A stretch of DNA of 64,000 bases from an uncultured Acidobacteriaceae bacterium (lineage in GTDB: Bacteria; Acidobacteriota; Terriglobia; Terriglobales; Acidobacteriaceae): contig CAXTEU010000002.1 in NCBI GenBank assembly GCA_964243475.1, positions 15,758 to 79,757 of the forward strand. Direction: 5' to 3'. Shown piece after piece: positions 31,333 through 41,534 of this stretch; positions within the stretch are counted from its first letter, which is position 1, and every line of letters starts with the position of its first letter. Under the pieces are notes generated by a model. It was not told where the DNA came from. It saw nothing but the letters and a program-made list of their open reading frames with translations, and did not search any database. Both the position numbers and the translations under genes were made by a program.

Positions 31333-32901
31333 CTAGTCATACAGCCCCTCAACCAACCATTCGCGGCGCAGCAGATCATGGGTGAAGAGACACATCAACG
31401 CAGAGCCATCCGCGTTCATGCCAGTTTCTGCTTCCACATCCCACTCCTCACGCGACCAGACCTCCGGGGTCCACCAATGCCCGCTACGTCGCCATGGACC
31501 ATGAATGTTGCGAACGTTGTAGCGAATGCCAAACAAGTAAAAGTCTTCGGCACGGCATTGTCTGATTGCGAAACAATAGGTACACGCGGACGCAGCCTTC
31601 GAAGCGCGATGCCGTTGCGAACCATTGTTTCGGAGGTATACGTTACAGATCGTCGGGGAGCGTCCGTCACGGAGAAGCGCTCCATACGAAATCCTTCGGG
31701 CGCGTGCGTATTCAGCAACCTTGCGCAGCCTACGCGATCTTCTCCAACTAACGCAGAAAGTCGGCAAGCATCACCTCAAGACGAGCTGGTTCTGGCGTCT
31801 GCGGTGTGAACAGGCCAGCCTGTATCTCAGCACGAGGTCCAGGCTCGGCACTCAAACTGATCATGAGGATACCCGCGCAGGGTGGATGCGCCTGTAAATC
31901 AAGCTGCAGCAGCTTCAGCAAAAGCGCATGGTCAAACAGCGGTAGGGCGGGCTTCGTCGTGCGGTTGTACTCGAGCGCACTTTCCAGGCCAAGCTTGACC
32001 GTAACACTGGCCAGCGCAAGCGCGCGTAGACCGGCACGAACCAGCAACTGACGAAGCATCGGGCCAAGTACGAAGAGCAGTGAGTCGAGTTGATCGACCG
32101 GAACGTCAAATTCGACATGCTCCACAAGCGAGAAGGCAGGCTCATCTGGGATGAGCAGATGTGCGTGTCTACCGCATGCAAGCTGGTGCAACGCTCGTCC
32201 TGGTTCGCCCAGCCGTGCAACCACGGCGATCTCTGGCAGCGCGGCAAGTTCACCCACCGTGCGGATGCCCCATAGCGCAAGTGTCTCGGTCTCTGTTTCG
32301 CCCGGTGAAAGCGCGTCGAGGGGCAGCTTGGACAGGGATCTCTCCTCCGCGCCGGGTAGGAGAACGGCAATTGATTTTTGTGACGACCGCGCCATGCACA
32401 CTGCGGCGTAGAGATTCGCACTCGCGCAGACACGGCCTGAAAACCAAGATCGCGGGCGGCTTGCCATAGCTTGCGCGCTGCCACCTCCGGCCGTCCAAAC
32501 ACACGCCTAGTCCCCGTCATATCCAAGGCGAGTAGGAGTGAGTTGTCGCGATTGTTATTGGTGCTGTGTGCCAATTTTTGGCTTTGAGTTATGTTTTGAA
32601 ATTTTGGCGTGAAGCTAGCCGCTAGTTCATGCAAAACCACAGATGCGCTTCGCTCTTCCACAGAGGAACGGCGGAGCACCTGTAAACCGGAAAAACTATC
32701 CAACTCAGCACGCGATAGGCCGCGCTTTACCCCTAGACGCCGGGCGCGGGAGTTAGCCGCACACACCACTTGTAAGGGTGGTACGCCTTCGACAACGGCA
32801 ACTGGCATCGTGCGCTCCGCAGGTCGCAATCGCAGCATGGCCTGTGCCGCAAACTCGGGCACCCGGAAGCAAAAATAGAGCGGCTGTGACGGTACGCTCA
32901 T
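31333..32901 (-). pseudogene. imuB: ImuB Y-family polymerase-like protein with three apparent frameshifts
   Basis: ATGA overlap with imuA; segments LDMTGTRRVFG / WGIRTVGELAALP / ALVGEDRVG..FRMERF / GPWRRSGHWW..EGLYD join by +1 nt near 32435, 31763 and 31540. Confidence 0.82.
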
Positions 32902-34271
32902 CTTTGATGTGCCCATTCAAGCTCAGCCTTTTCCCGCACCCGCTCTGCAAAAGGAACCCACGCTGTGTTTCGAGACCAAGTTGCACACCGGTCACTCTGC
33001 GGCAGCTTGCGCATGGCAACGACCTTCCCCACTTCGTCATGCTGCTCTTCGACAGCCTCAAAGCGCTGACGACTAACGGAGACTTCGTAGCTCCTTCCAG
33101 TGAAGAGGTCGCCGGCAGTAGTGACGCTCAATGCTTTGAGCCTCAGCACAAGCGCCGCACTGGAGCGTGCACATGGATGTTGCGTCAGCAAAAGGATGAT
33201 GGTGCGAGAACGTTCCGCTGCTGCCCGGAAACGAAACCACGTCGCCATTGGAATGCGAGACGCAAACTCGGGTGGCGTGCTGCCCAGATCGAGAATCAGT
33301 GCTGCGAAGCCTCCTGCGCTCAGCAGCAGATCAGCGGCACGGATGGCCTGGTCGAGTGCTGTCAAGATCTCCGACCGTTTCGACTCACCCTTCGTGTCGG
33401 AAGTGAGTATCTTTTCGCACAGCGCGTTTTCATTCAATGCTGGCATGGGACTCGCATTTCCTAGGCGTGCTTGCATGCGCATCGTCGGCGTTTCTGCACA
33501 GCAAGGCATGATCGTCGCCGGGTGATGCGTCTGCTGATGGAAGTGCTCCCCGCGTCGCGGTGGTTGCCGGTCGGTCGGTGCTTGTTCCGTTCTATCCCAC
33601 GCACGACCCGCAAATACGCCATCTGCCTTTGGTTGCGTTGAACGGTTCGGCATTCCGGGGGTGCCGATGCTTTTCCGCCGCGCTGCAACCGGGTTCTCGC
33701 CATTCCGTGTAATTGGACTTGAATATGATTCCGCTGTGCCTAGTTTCTCTGATCGGTAGCATTGGTCGTGCTGTAGCAACGTCTGAATCGCTTCGGGTAT
33801 TCCGCGTACCTCATTGCATGGATGTGGACTGCCGCCTCTCCCCAAAGGCGACTTTTTGCGAGGCTCTCCGCAAAGCAGTCCAGCTACATCGGATGGTTGC
33901 GCCAGATCTCCTTTCGGCTGTTTGCTGTTGCCCCCACACCGAATCCAAAGCTGCCGATTGAGGTCCGTGCCTGCGGCCGCGGCTGACTCGGGATCAAATG
34001 CATCCGCAACATCGATCCATGCCGTAATTTGACCGGCGCAGGTCATTTCTGCGGTGAAGGCCAGTGCAAACGAGGTCCGCCCAGAGCAGGATGAACCTAT
34101 CACTTCGGTGATGGCCCCGACCGGCAACCCGCCACCGAGCAACGCGTCGATCTCCGGCACACTGAATGCAACACGCGGGACTACTGTGCTTCGCTGTGAA
34201 GACCGCGCTCCGGACACACGGTGTGCCAGCGCCTCTTCGATTTGCCTGCGAGCTGAACCAGCGGCGATCAA
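32898..34271 (-). CDS. imuA: ImuA (RecA-like) with a long internal insertion
   Basis: IDALLGGGLPVGAITEV, SGRTS, WIDVADAFDP, GGFAALILD; first gene of the imuA-imuB-dnaE2 cassette. Confidence 0.8.
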   Translation of the reverse strand: MIAAGSARRQIEEALAHRVSGARSSQRSTVVPRVAFSVPEIDALLGGGLPVGAITEVIGSSCSGRTSFALAFTAEMTCAGQITAWIDVADAFDPESAAAAGTDLNRQLWIRCGGNSKQPKGDLAQPSDVAGLLCGEPRKKSPLGRGGSPHPCNEVRGIPEAIQTLLQHDQCYRSEKLGTAESYSSPITRNGENPVAARRKSIGTPGMPNRSTQPKADGVFAGRAWDRTEQAPTDRQPPRRGEHFHQQTHHPATIMPCCAETPTMRMQARLGNASPMPALNENALCEKILTSDTKGESKRSEILTALDQAIRAADLLLSAGGFAALILDLGSTPPEFASRIPMATWFRFRAAAERSRTIILLLTQHPCARSSAALVLRLKALSVTTAGDLFTGRSYEVSVSRQRFEAVEEQHDEVGKVVAMRKLPQSDRCATWSRNTAWVPFAERVREKAELEWAHQR

Positions 34272-34777
34272 GACGTTCTCTCCTTCGCCTTATCTTCTCC
34301 TCTAATGGCGTCAAAGTGCAAGCTCACCCAGAACTTCTTTTGTTTGCTTTAGCTTAGGAGGGGTACTCTCCTAAGAACAATCGTCCAGCGAAACATTGCC
34401 TTCCTTGTTCATTGCTCTTGCGGCTTGTCCCGGGCATGAATAATTTTTGTAACTCTTGTAGAGTTCTGTCGATTACAGAGTTGCCTGACCAGTGTCCTCA
34501 TGCGTGTCGAGCATGGCGCGCTGCACCTGTGCATCGGTTAAGAGTTCAGCCCATTAAGCTGTTACGGCTATGCCGTGAACCTGCAAACCCGAGTCAGTGT
34601 AAGTTCGCCTAAGCTTGCACTTACGGTCGTTACCAATTTAGCCGGGCGCAGAACAATCGAGCATCTTCGATGACAAACTTCTTCCGCAACTGAGACGGGA
34701 GCTTCGGTATCGCGTTAGTCACAACGATCGCCCAGCGCCAACAAAATTTGGTAGTGTCCTAATTTGAAAATGCCGCT

Positions 34778-34963
34778 TTAGAGCGCTGCATCGAGTGTCT
34801 CCCGAATGAAATGAGACAAGGTATGTCCCTTCGCCTTTGCCGCAGACTCAAGCCGTTTACGGTATTCGGCTGTGAAGCGAAGATTTACTGCGCTAGACTT
34901 CGCTTCTCCCTTGGCCATCTTGGGGCGTCCCGGTTTACGCTTCTTAGGCTTGGGCTCTGGCAC
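34778..34963 (-). CDS. Ribbon-helix-helix DNA-binding protein
   Basis: GTG start with AGGAGA RBS; KPGRPK then VNLRFTAEYRKRLESAAKAKGHTLSHFIRE. Confidence 0.7.
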   Translation of the reverse strand: MPEPKPKKRKPGRPKMAKGEAKSSAVNLRFTAEYRKRLESAAKAKGHTLSHFIRETLDAAL

Positions 34964-35252
34964 TTCGTATCTCCTGCATGATGGCGGCTTGCACGGTTCG
35001 CTGAGGCGATGTAATCGGCCCGGCATGGAGCACCGTCACATGCTGCTTGGGATTGGCGGGGTCGTCGGTTTCGTGGGACCACGCATAGACGTGCTCAGCC
35101 TCGGGATGGTCGTGGAGTCTGGATACCTCTACGGTTCCATCCCAGAGCGTCTGACCGTTGAACGTTTCGGTTACCGGGACGCTTTTGATGTGGGTTGACT
35201 GCACATCATGAATGCTGCGGATGGCTGCCCGGAGTTCGTCTATGTCTGTCAT
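34944..35252 (-). CDS. Hypothetical protein upstream of the RHH gene
   Basis: 102 aa globular-looking ORF; overlaps the RHH start by 20 nt. Confidence 0.7.
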   Translation of the reverse strand: MTDIDELRAAIRSIHDVQSTHIKSVPVTETFNGQTLWDGTVEVSRLHDHPEAEHVYAWSHETDDPANPKQHVTVLHAGPITSPQRTVQAAIMQEIRSARAQA

Positions 35253-35521
35253 ACTTTAGCTTCCAAATCAGAGCACCTAAGCTCCATCTTTACTAGAAGA
35301 TTCCGGCCTGACGACGATTCCGCTAGTTGCTTTACTGATTTTCCAAACGCGACCAAGCTATTTACCTCCAGCGTTCCGGGGTTGAAACCGCTAGGCTTAT
35401 CACACGCGCTGCAGTTTTCTTGAGCCATCACAGCGATTCCCTCCCGATCTAACTTTGCTATTGGTACTCGGTGAGCGGACCCGCAGTTGTGACACTCAAA
35501 ACTGAGTGCGAGTATATCCAT
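35249..35521 (-). CDS. Zn-ribbon-like hypothetical protein
   Basis: CHNC..CSAC pairs; ATGA overlap with the next gene. Confidence 0.5.
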   Translation of the reverse strand: MDILALSFECHNCGSAHRVPIAKLDREGIAVMAQENCSACDKPSGFNPGTLEVNSLVAFGKSVKQLAESSSGRNLLVKMELRCSDLEAKV

Positions 35522-35845
35522 CGCTTCTATAGTGCATCGTCTCTCAACGTCATTTTTATCCCACCGACGGACTGCACGCTTACGAGAGCGCGGTTGTACA
35601 TCGTCTACGTCTGCGGCTCCGGCAGCTTGCTTTCAGCAAGGCGCACCGCACTAGCAACGGTCACTTTCAGCCTCGCCAACCCGAACAAGTGCAAGGGCCT
35701 TGCTGACATTTACCACGGCTCCGAACCCCGCATGGTCCATCTCCAAAGATTGTTGCGGGCGGGGCTTCTCGTTCGGCGGGCATTCGGAGACCGCTCTCAA
35801 TGCTCCAGACGGACGCTGGGCACCGGATCAGGGAGGGAGTAAACA

Positions 35846-38079
35846 TTGACTCGCAAAACATTTTACGGAGCACAATTATCGAAAGAGGGCGATCAGATCG
35901 GCACGCTGACAATCGGAGCGCCGGTGTTCGTCCGACCGATCCTGAAATACTCGACGCACTGCGCAATTTGCTCAGGACGCGCGACGATGTCGCACGATCA
36001 ACTCAGCAGATCGACAGTCCGTTGCCCGAACTCGGCATGTGGCAGAGAGGGTCTGCACGAGAGGCCAACCTTACGCTGGGTCAGTTCCGTGCGCGTGAAT
36101 CAGCCGCCGGAAGGCGTCAGGAGGACGTGCGGCAAGCCGCTCAGCATAAGCTCCTGAGGGACGTTGAGGCGGAGCTGTCAAAGACAGCTCAGAAGGTCGC
36201 AGCCGCAACCCGAGAACGCATCTCGCAGCACCGCGATGACGAAATCTATGTAACTCCAGGACTGCCGACGTTGACTACGGAAGCCGATAGACAGGCGTAT
36301 AACAAACGCGAGCTGGCCGCGTTCGTTCGAACCAACCCGGACTTCTCTCGTTACGAGCCTGACTCCACAGTTGATCGAATCGGAGACTACTTCGCCCGGA
36401 ACGGCGTCGTTCTCGCTGACGCAAGTATGATCTGGCGCTCTGCAGCGTCTCGCCAGTGTCGGAATGCTTGAGCCAGCACAACGACCTGCACAGCCTGTGG
36501 CAACGCCAACGCCAAGGGCTCGCCCGGCTGCTGCTGTGAAGGAAGCGGCTCCCGAACTGCCCTCCGGTTCGGAAGAGGGATTTGACTTGGTGAGCCGGAC
36601 CAAACAGTCCTACCAGCAGTTCCAAGGTGCTCTCAGAGACATCCAGGCCGGAATTGGAATGGAGCTCAATCGGTGGTCGCTCTTTTCAATGCGATCGGCT
36701 TGTCCGCTGCACCGCTGGCCGGAAAAGGCTTCCGGATCAACGAAAACACGATCCATGAACACCAGACCGCTCGCGGCTGGGAAGGCGCACTCCAAGCTCG
36801 GGGCTACAGAACCTGCAAACCGGTGCCGTCATCACGCCACAGCAGTTGAAGGACTATGCCGACATCGCGAGTTCTGCCCGTCAGAACCAGTACGCCGCGA
36901 CAGTCCACTCGCTGCACAACGCTGGCATTGGGGCGGACGCAGCCTTGCCGACGGAGACGGTCAGAAATTGGACCCCGCGACCGCTCGCATCTTTCTCCAG
37001 CTCACCGCAGGCGACAAAGACAAAGCACGTCAGGCGGCTAGCCGGAAGGGATGGAGTTTCTGATGCCGACACCACAAGCCGCACCGCAGCAAGCCGCACC
37101 GGACGTGTTCGACAGCATTGGATCAGCTCCGGCACCGTCGAACACTTCCCAGCCTGCCTCGCAGCCTTCGTCTCAACCTGCTTCGCAACGCACTCCGTTC
37201 TGGTGTGACGCAGACTGCGTTGGGCACCGTCCACAGCGGGGGCGACCTGACCGAAGGGGCCAAGCAGGGGGCAGCTACAGCGGCTTTTACCGGAGCCCTT
37301 GGGGCAGTTCCGGTAGGCATGCGGGCGATCCGTGCGGCACTCGACCCCCAAGCGATCCAGGCACCCCTGCAGGACACGCTTCGCAAGATCGTGTCTGACG
37401 TTGCCGACCACGCGGGGTCTCTGGTCCTACATCACAATCCATCCGCGATGTGGTCGAGGATGTGCGGAACTCAGTCAAGCAACAGGGCTCGGCAACCTAC
37501 CAAAGACTCGATGAGATCAGCGGTGGAGCAGCCCAGCGTTTCCGCGATGCGGCTTCCAACGTTCAAGACAAGCTGAAGGACATCGTTGGTCTCGACGATG
37601 AAAAGGAGGCTGAGCTGGTCGCACGTGGGAATGCGATCGATGATGCCCACAAAGCGATGTTGGACAAGCTGGAGGCCGCTGGGCACCCACGGGACCTCCT
37701 CAGCCGTGCCGACGCCCTGTGGACGAAGCAGAGAGCATTGGGCGAGTTGTCCGCGAGCCTACGACAGTCCAGCACAGGTTTACGTCCGGAGCTGGCTGCT
37801 GCCGGGACGACGCCCACTCCTGAAGCGATCAACCCGAAAGTCCTAAGCACAAAACTGAACCGGCTGTACGACTCAGGCAGGCTGACACAGGCCATCGGAC
37901 CCGGCAACGCAGAGCACATCCTCCGCACGGTCGATGCGGCATACGCTAGGTCACAGGCGATTGCTGCCAACGCCAAGTGGGGAGGACTCCTGGCGAAGGC
38001 CGCGGCCTCTGCTGGTTTGGGCGGCTTGGGCTTTGAGGGCGTCAAAATGGCTCACTCTGTTCTGGGCGACTCGCACTAG
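35846..38079 (+). pseudogene. Decayed phage-like ORFs, possibly virion DNA-injection proteins
   Basis: Protein-like segments alternate between frames (THCAIC..RCPNSAC; LDPATARIFLQLTAGDKDKARQ..GWSF; Gly/Ala-rich GGLLAKAAASAGLGGLG). Homology is inferred from pattern only. Confidence 0.45.
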
Positions 38080-38166
38080 CCTAACGTTGCGTCACTTCTG
38101 CCCTAGCCTCTCGATTGGCGTTGACCAAACTAGGGCAACGGTGCACCACGCGACTAGGGAGGCTGT

Positions 38167-38583
38167 ATGGACGAACGACGGTTGAGCAACTCAGAAGCAG
38201 AACCGGAGGCGATCGAGACGAACTCTGCCATCTTGCAGACAGAGGTGAAAGCGAAAGTCGGCAAGAAAAAGCTCGCAGCAAAGAACGACAGACCGCTCAA
38301 GGGGCTGGCAGGGGCAGAAAGGTACGATCCTTTCTACGAAGCCGCGCTAAAGGTCGCTCTAGCGGTCGCTAAATCGCGGGCTTCCCTGCCAACTCCGTCT
38401 GAGCCGAAGCAGACTGCCGTACGGCTGCCACCAAAGTTGCATTGCCCTAGGCAGCACCAGCAGATAGAACAGCAGGACCGGGTGTTTCCGGACTTGGCTG
38501 GCGTCCCGTCATGGCGACCATGCACATCGCCGCCAGATGGTCCCAGCAAGACAGGCGACGAACGTAGAGCGCTTGGAGCATAG
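38167..38583 (+). CDS. Hypothetical protein, possibly frameshifted
   Basis: GGAGG RBS before ATG; no family recognised. Confidence 0.35.
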   Translation: MDERRLSNSEAEPEAIETNSAILQTEVKAKVGKKKLAAKNDRPLKGLAGAERYDPFYEAALKVALAVAKSRASLPTPSEPKQTAVRLPPKLHCPRQHQQIEQQDRVFPDLAGVPSWRPCTSPPDGPSKTGDERRALGA

Positions 38584-38741
38584 CCCTGTGACGCTCAGGG
38601 CATCAGGTCTTGATTGGAAAGCCTGTCCGTCCCGACGCCCCCAACCGGCGTCAAGCCCTATCGCAACTTCTTCGGCAAACGTCCACCAAAGCGGCTAAAC
38701 TCACTCCCACGACTGGTTCTGAAGCACAGAATGGAGATTCT

Positions 38742-39965
38742 GTGCAAAGACGAAGGTTTCAAAGGGGAAGTGTGTACCAGAACAAGACTAAAACGCTGTG
38801 GCTCGGGATGTATTCAGAGTACGTACTCGATACGCATGGCGCGGAGGTCCGCAAACGCCTGCAGATTGTTCTCTGTCCGGCAAAGAACGTTGACAAGACC
38901 GTAGGCAAACGAGAAGCGCAGCGGCTGTTGCAGCCCTTCGTCGATCGTGTGAACACGGTTCTGTCCGAACCCATCCGGGAGCGCAAGTCAGCAACATTTG
39001 AGGCTTTCGCAGCCATATGGGAGCAGGACTACCTGTCTCTGTCCAAGCCATCTACTCAATCCGACTCACGAAGCAACCTGAAGCGCCTAAAAGCCGCGTT
39101 TGGGGGGCGTGACGTGCGCCAGATTGACGCTGGGGACGTTCAGCGGTTCATTGCCGCCAGCGTCAAAGAAGGCCTCGACGCGAAGACCATCCGCAACCAC
39201 TGGGGAACCATCAAACTCATCTGGACGGCAGCACTCGCCCAGAAGTACGTCGATTCCCTGCTCCCCAAACCGAAGATGCCGCGCAGGGCAAAGAAGCGGG
39301 CACGGTTCTACACCCTGAGAGATGTCGCAAGGATCATCGCAGCATCGGAGGCAGACCGCCGTGTCTTCTACTGGCTTGCTGCAGAGACAGGAATGCGAGC
39401 TGGCGAACTTGCCGGACTCAAGCTGACCGACATCGAGGGCGATCGCCTGACGATCAATCGGTCGGTTTGGCAGGGGAAGGAGCAGACCCCAAAGACGAAC
39501 AGCGCTTTGCGGACTCTCGCGCTCTCACCTCAGCTCGTATCGTCGCTGTGTGAGAAGATCCCACGGCAGCGTTCGAAGAGGCATGTCTACCTGTTCTCCT
39601 CGCCTTCCGGAAAGCCGTAGGACATGAACGTGTTCCGGAACCGGAACCTGGCCAAACTTCTCATGCGGCTTGGGATCGAGCAGGCGGGCTTTCACGCCTT
39701 CCGGTACTTCAACGTGTCTCTGCTCGATGCTCTGCGGGTTCCACTGAAGGTGATTCAGGAGAGGGCAGGACACGCCCTGACCGGATCGTTCACGCTGGAC
39801 GTGTATGGTAGGCAGCCGGACTGGAGTCGCAATGTAGAGGCGGCGGGACTGATCGGAAGGGAGTTGGAACGTGCTGTTTCGGAGCAGACGATTGGCGAAG
39901 ATTCGGCGCTTATTGTCAGCTTATCTGCAATCAATGAAAAGGGCTCAGGAGCCGAAATCTCCTAA
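38742..39965 (+). pseudogene. Tyrosine recombinase/integrase interrupted by in-frame TAG at 39618-39620
   Basis: GMRAGEL (R), TPKT (K), FHAFRY (HxxR), GHA, TLDVYG (Y); the frame continues after the stop. Confidence 0.88.
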
Positions 39966-39987
39966 GCCTTTTAATGTTGCATTTGAT

Positions 39988-40033
39988 TGGTTGCGGGGGT
40001 AGTGTTTCAACCTACGACCATTGGGTTATGAGC
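39988..40033 (-). repeat. Displaced 3' half of tRNA-Met(CAT); att-site remnant
   Basis: Minus strand GCTCATAACCCAATGGTCGTAGGTTGAAACACTACCCCCGCAACCA: anticodon loop, degenerate T-arm, CCA end; the 5' half is absent. Confidence 0.8.
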
Positions 40034-40049
40034 GGCGACAGACACGTAG

Positions 40050-40105
40050 TTTCAACGAGTTGCACGGCCTGATCGGGAGCTTTACAGAGTCGCAAGTCGT
40101 TGAAA
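40050..40105. repeat. 14-bp inverted repeat beside att (possible integrase arm-type sites)
   Basis: TTTCAACGAGTTGC (40050-63) and GCAAGTCGTTGAAA (40092-105), 13/14 complementary. Confidence 0.6.
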
Positions 40106-40198
40106 TATAAGAGGGGATTTCGTACTTGGGGTTGGTTTGGGGTTGAGATTCGAAGGGCGGCACACGCCAACCTCACGAAGGGAGACTCTGGCGATACA

Positions 40199-40227
40199 TT
40201 GACGATACTTTCGGGATACCTTATTCT
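40199..40227 (+). promoter_or_regulatory. Sigma70-like promoter of the TA operon
   Basis: TTGACG-N17-TATTCT, 23 nt upstream of ATG 40250. Confidence 0.65.
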
Positions 40228-40249
40228 GGGAGCAGTTGAGGTGACTTCC

Positions 40250-40624
40250 ATGTCGGCAACTCCCGCATTCATCAGCGCCGATCCAGCGCTCTTCAACCCG
40301 CAGACAGGACGGCTCGATGCCGCCCGGATTGCTCACGAGATTCAACTTCCGGTAGCCACGATTGCGGATGCGATTGGCAAGAAAGCACCGAGCGTTCGTA
40401 AGCATCCAGACGCTAGCAGCCTTCAGCCTGAGTTGCGCCGGGTGTATCGCATCTGGGTTGCACTCGTCGATCTCTACGCTGGGAACAAGAAGCATGCTCG
40501 CATCTTCCTGAACGCACCGAACCGTCATTTGGAACTTCAGGCCCCTATCGAGTTCATCGAGAAAGGCAATCTCAAGCCTCTTGAAGCCTTGGTCGAAGCG
40601 ATGAGTATCCGGCAGACCGTCTAG
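40250..40624 (+). CDS. Xre/MbcA/ParS-type antitoxin
   Basis: GAGGTG RBS; HTH-like N-terminus; ARIFLNAPNRHLELQAPIEFI C-terminus; directly upstream of a RES gene. Confidence 0.82.
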   Translation: MSATPAFISADPALFNPQTGRLDAARIAHEIQLPVATIADAIGKKAPSVRKHPDASSLQPELRRVYRIWVALVDLYAGNKKHARIFLNAPNRHLELQAPIEFIEKGNLKPLEALVEAMSIRQTV

Positions 40625-40635
40625 GAAGCGTTCGC

Positions 40636-41250
40636 TTGCACTCCCCCGACAAACTCCTTCGCGCACTCGAGCGTGCCCCAGTCGAGCCCTTTGCTGGGTT
40701 CGTTTACCGGGTGATCGCCGAGCGCTGGCGCGAGTCTCCTCTCTCTACGGTCGGTTCGATTCGCCTCGGGGGACGGTATAACGCCCCTAATACCTTCCCG
40801 GTCCTCTACTGTGCAGACAGCCAGATGACCGCCATGCTCGAAGTGGAGGCGCTCTTCGCCACTGCGGATGGACAACTCAGAGGCGTGGCCCGCGACCCCG
40901 ATCTCGTACTGTCTCTTCGCTGCAAGCTTGCTCGAGTCTTGGACCTCACTGACTCCAGCTTCCACAAGGAACTCGGCACAACGCGCGATGAGCTCGTGAG
41001 TCTCACCCCGTCGCGTTTCATGGCTAATGCACGCGGTGAACAGGCTCCGACCCAAGCTCTTGGAGCTGCGTGCTCTTTCAGCGGAAGAATTTCTGCGTTG
41101 AAAGTGCCAAGCGCCGCACATGATGAAGGCTATTGTCTCGACATCTTTCCAGACTCAATGCTAATCGGAGAGCATCTATCCATCGTGGACAACAGTGGGC
41201 GGATCGCAGAGCACATACGCGGCGTTATCCCCGTGCCGACGGCTCGTTAG
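40636..41250 (+). CDS. RES-domain toxin (MbcT/ParT-like)
   Basis: VYRV..GGRYN..LYCADSQMTAMLEV..KVPSA. Confidence 0.85.
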   Translation: MHSPDKLLRALERAPVEPFAGFVYRVIAERWRESPLSTVGSIRLGGRYNAPNTFPVLYCADSQMTAMLEVEALFATADGQLRGVARDPDLVLSLRCKLARVLDLTDSSFHKELGTTRDELVSLTPSRFMANARGEQAPTQALGAACSFSGRISALKVPSAAHDEGYCLDIFPDSMLIGEHLSIVDNSGRIAEHIRGVIPVPTAR

Positions 41251-41534
41251 AGACAGGGCATGATGCCGCAACTCTGGCGGTTCCTCTCGTGAAGCTACCT
41301 CGTAGAAACCAGACGGAGAGGGTGCCCCGCCCTAAGCGTTGCTAACGGCTGCGTCAAGAGCCGTCTCTTCCGAATACGTGATTCTGCCCGTCGTTAGTCG
41401 GACTGGGTCCTTCGAGAGATCTTCCATCATTCTCTTTCTGAATAAGAGAACCCCCGAAAGTTATTGGACTCGCTGAACGACTGGACTCTACGTTACGCAT
41501 ATCCCAACCGATTCCACGGTTGATCGAGGTGCTA

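Noticed and set aside
33370-33940. ImuA insertion as a possible intein
   Set aside because: No terminal His-Asn plus nucleophile, and no homing-endonuclease motifs seen.
34331-34410. Possible LexA box (GAAC-N7-GTTT; TTGC-N7-GTTC)
   Set aside because: Poor match to GTTC-N7-GTTC or other SOS motifs I know.
39988-40065. Complete tRNA-Met gene
   Set aside because: The 5' acceptor strand and D-arm are absent and the T-arm is mismatched; treated as an att remnant.
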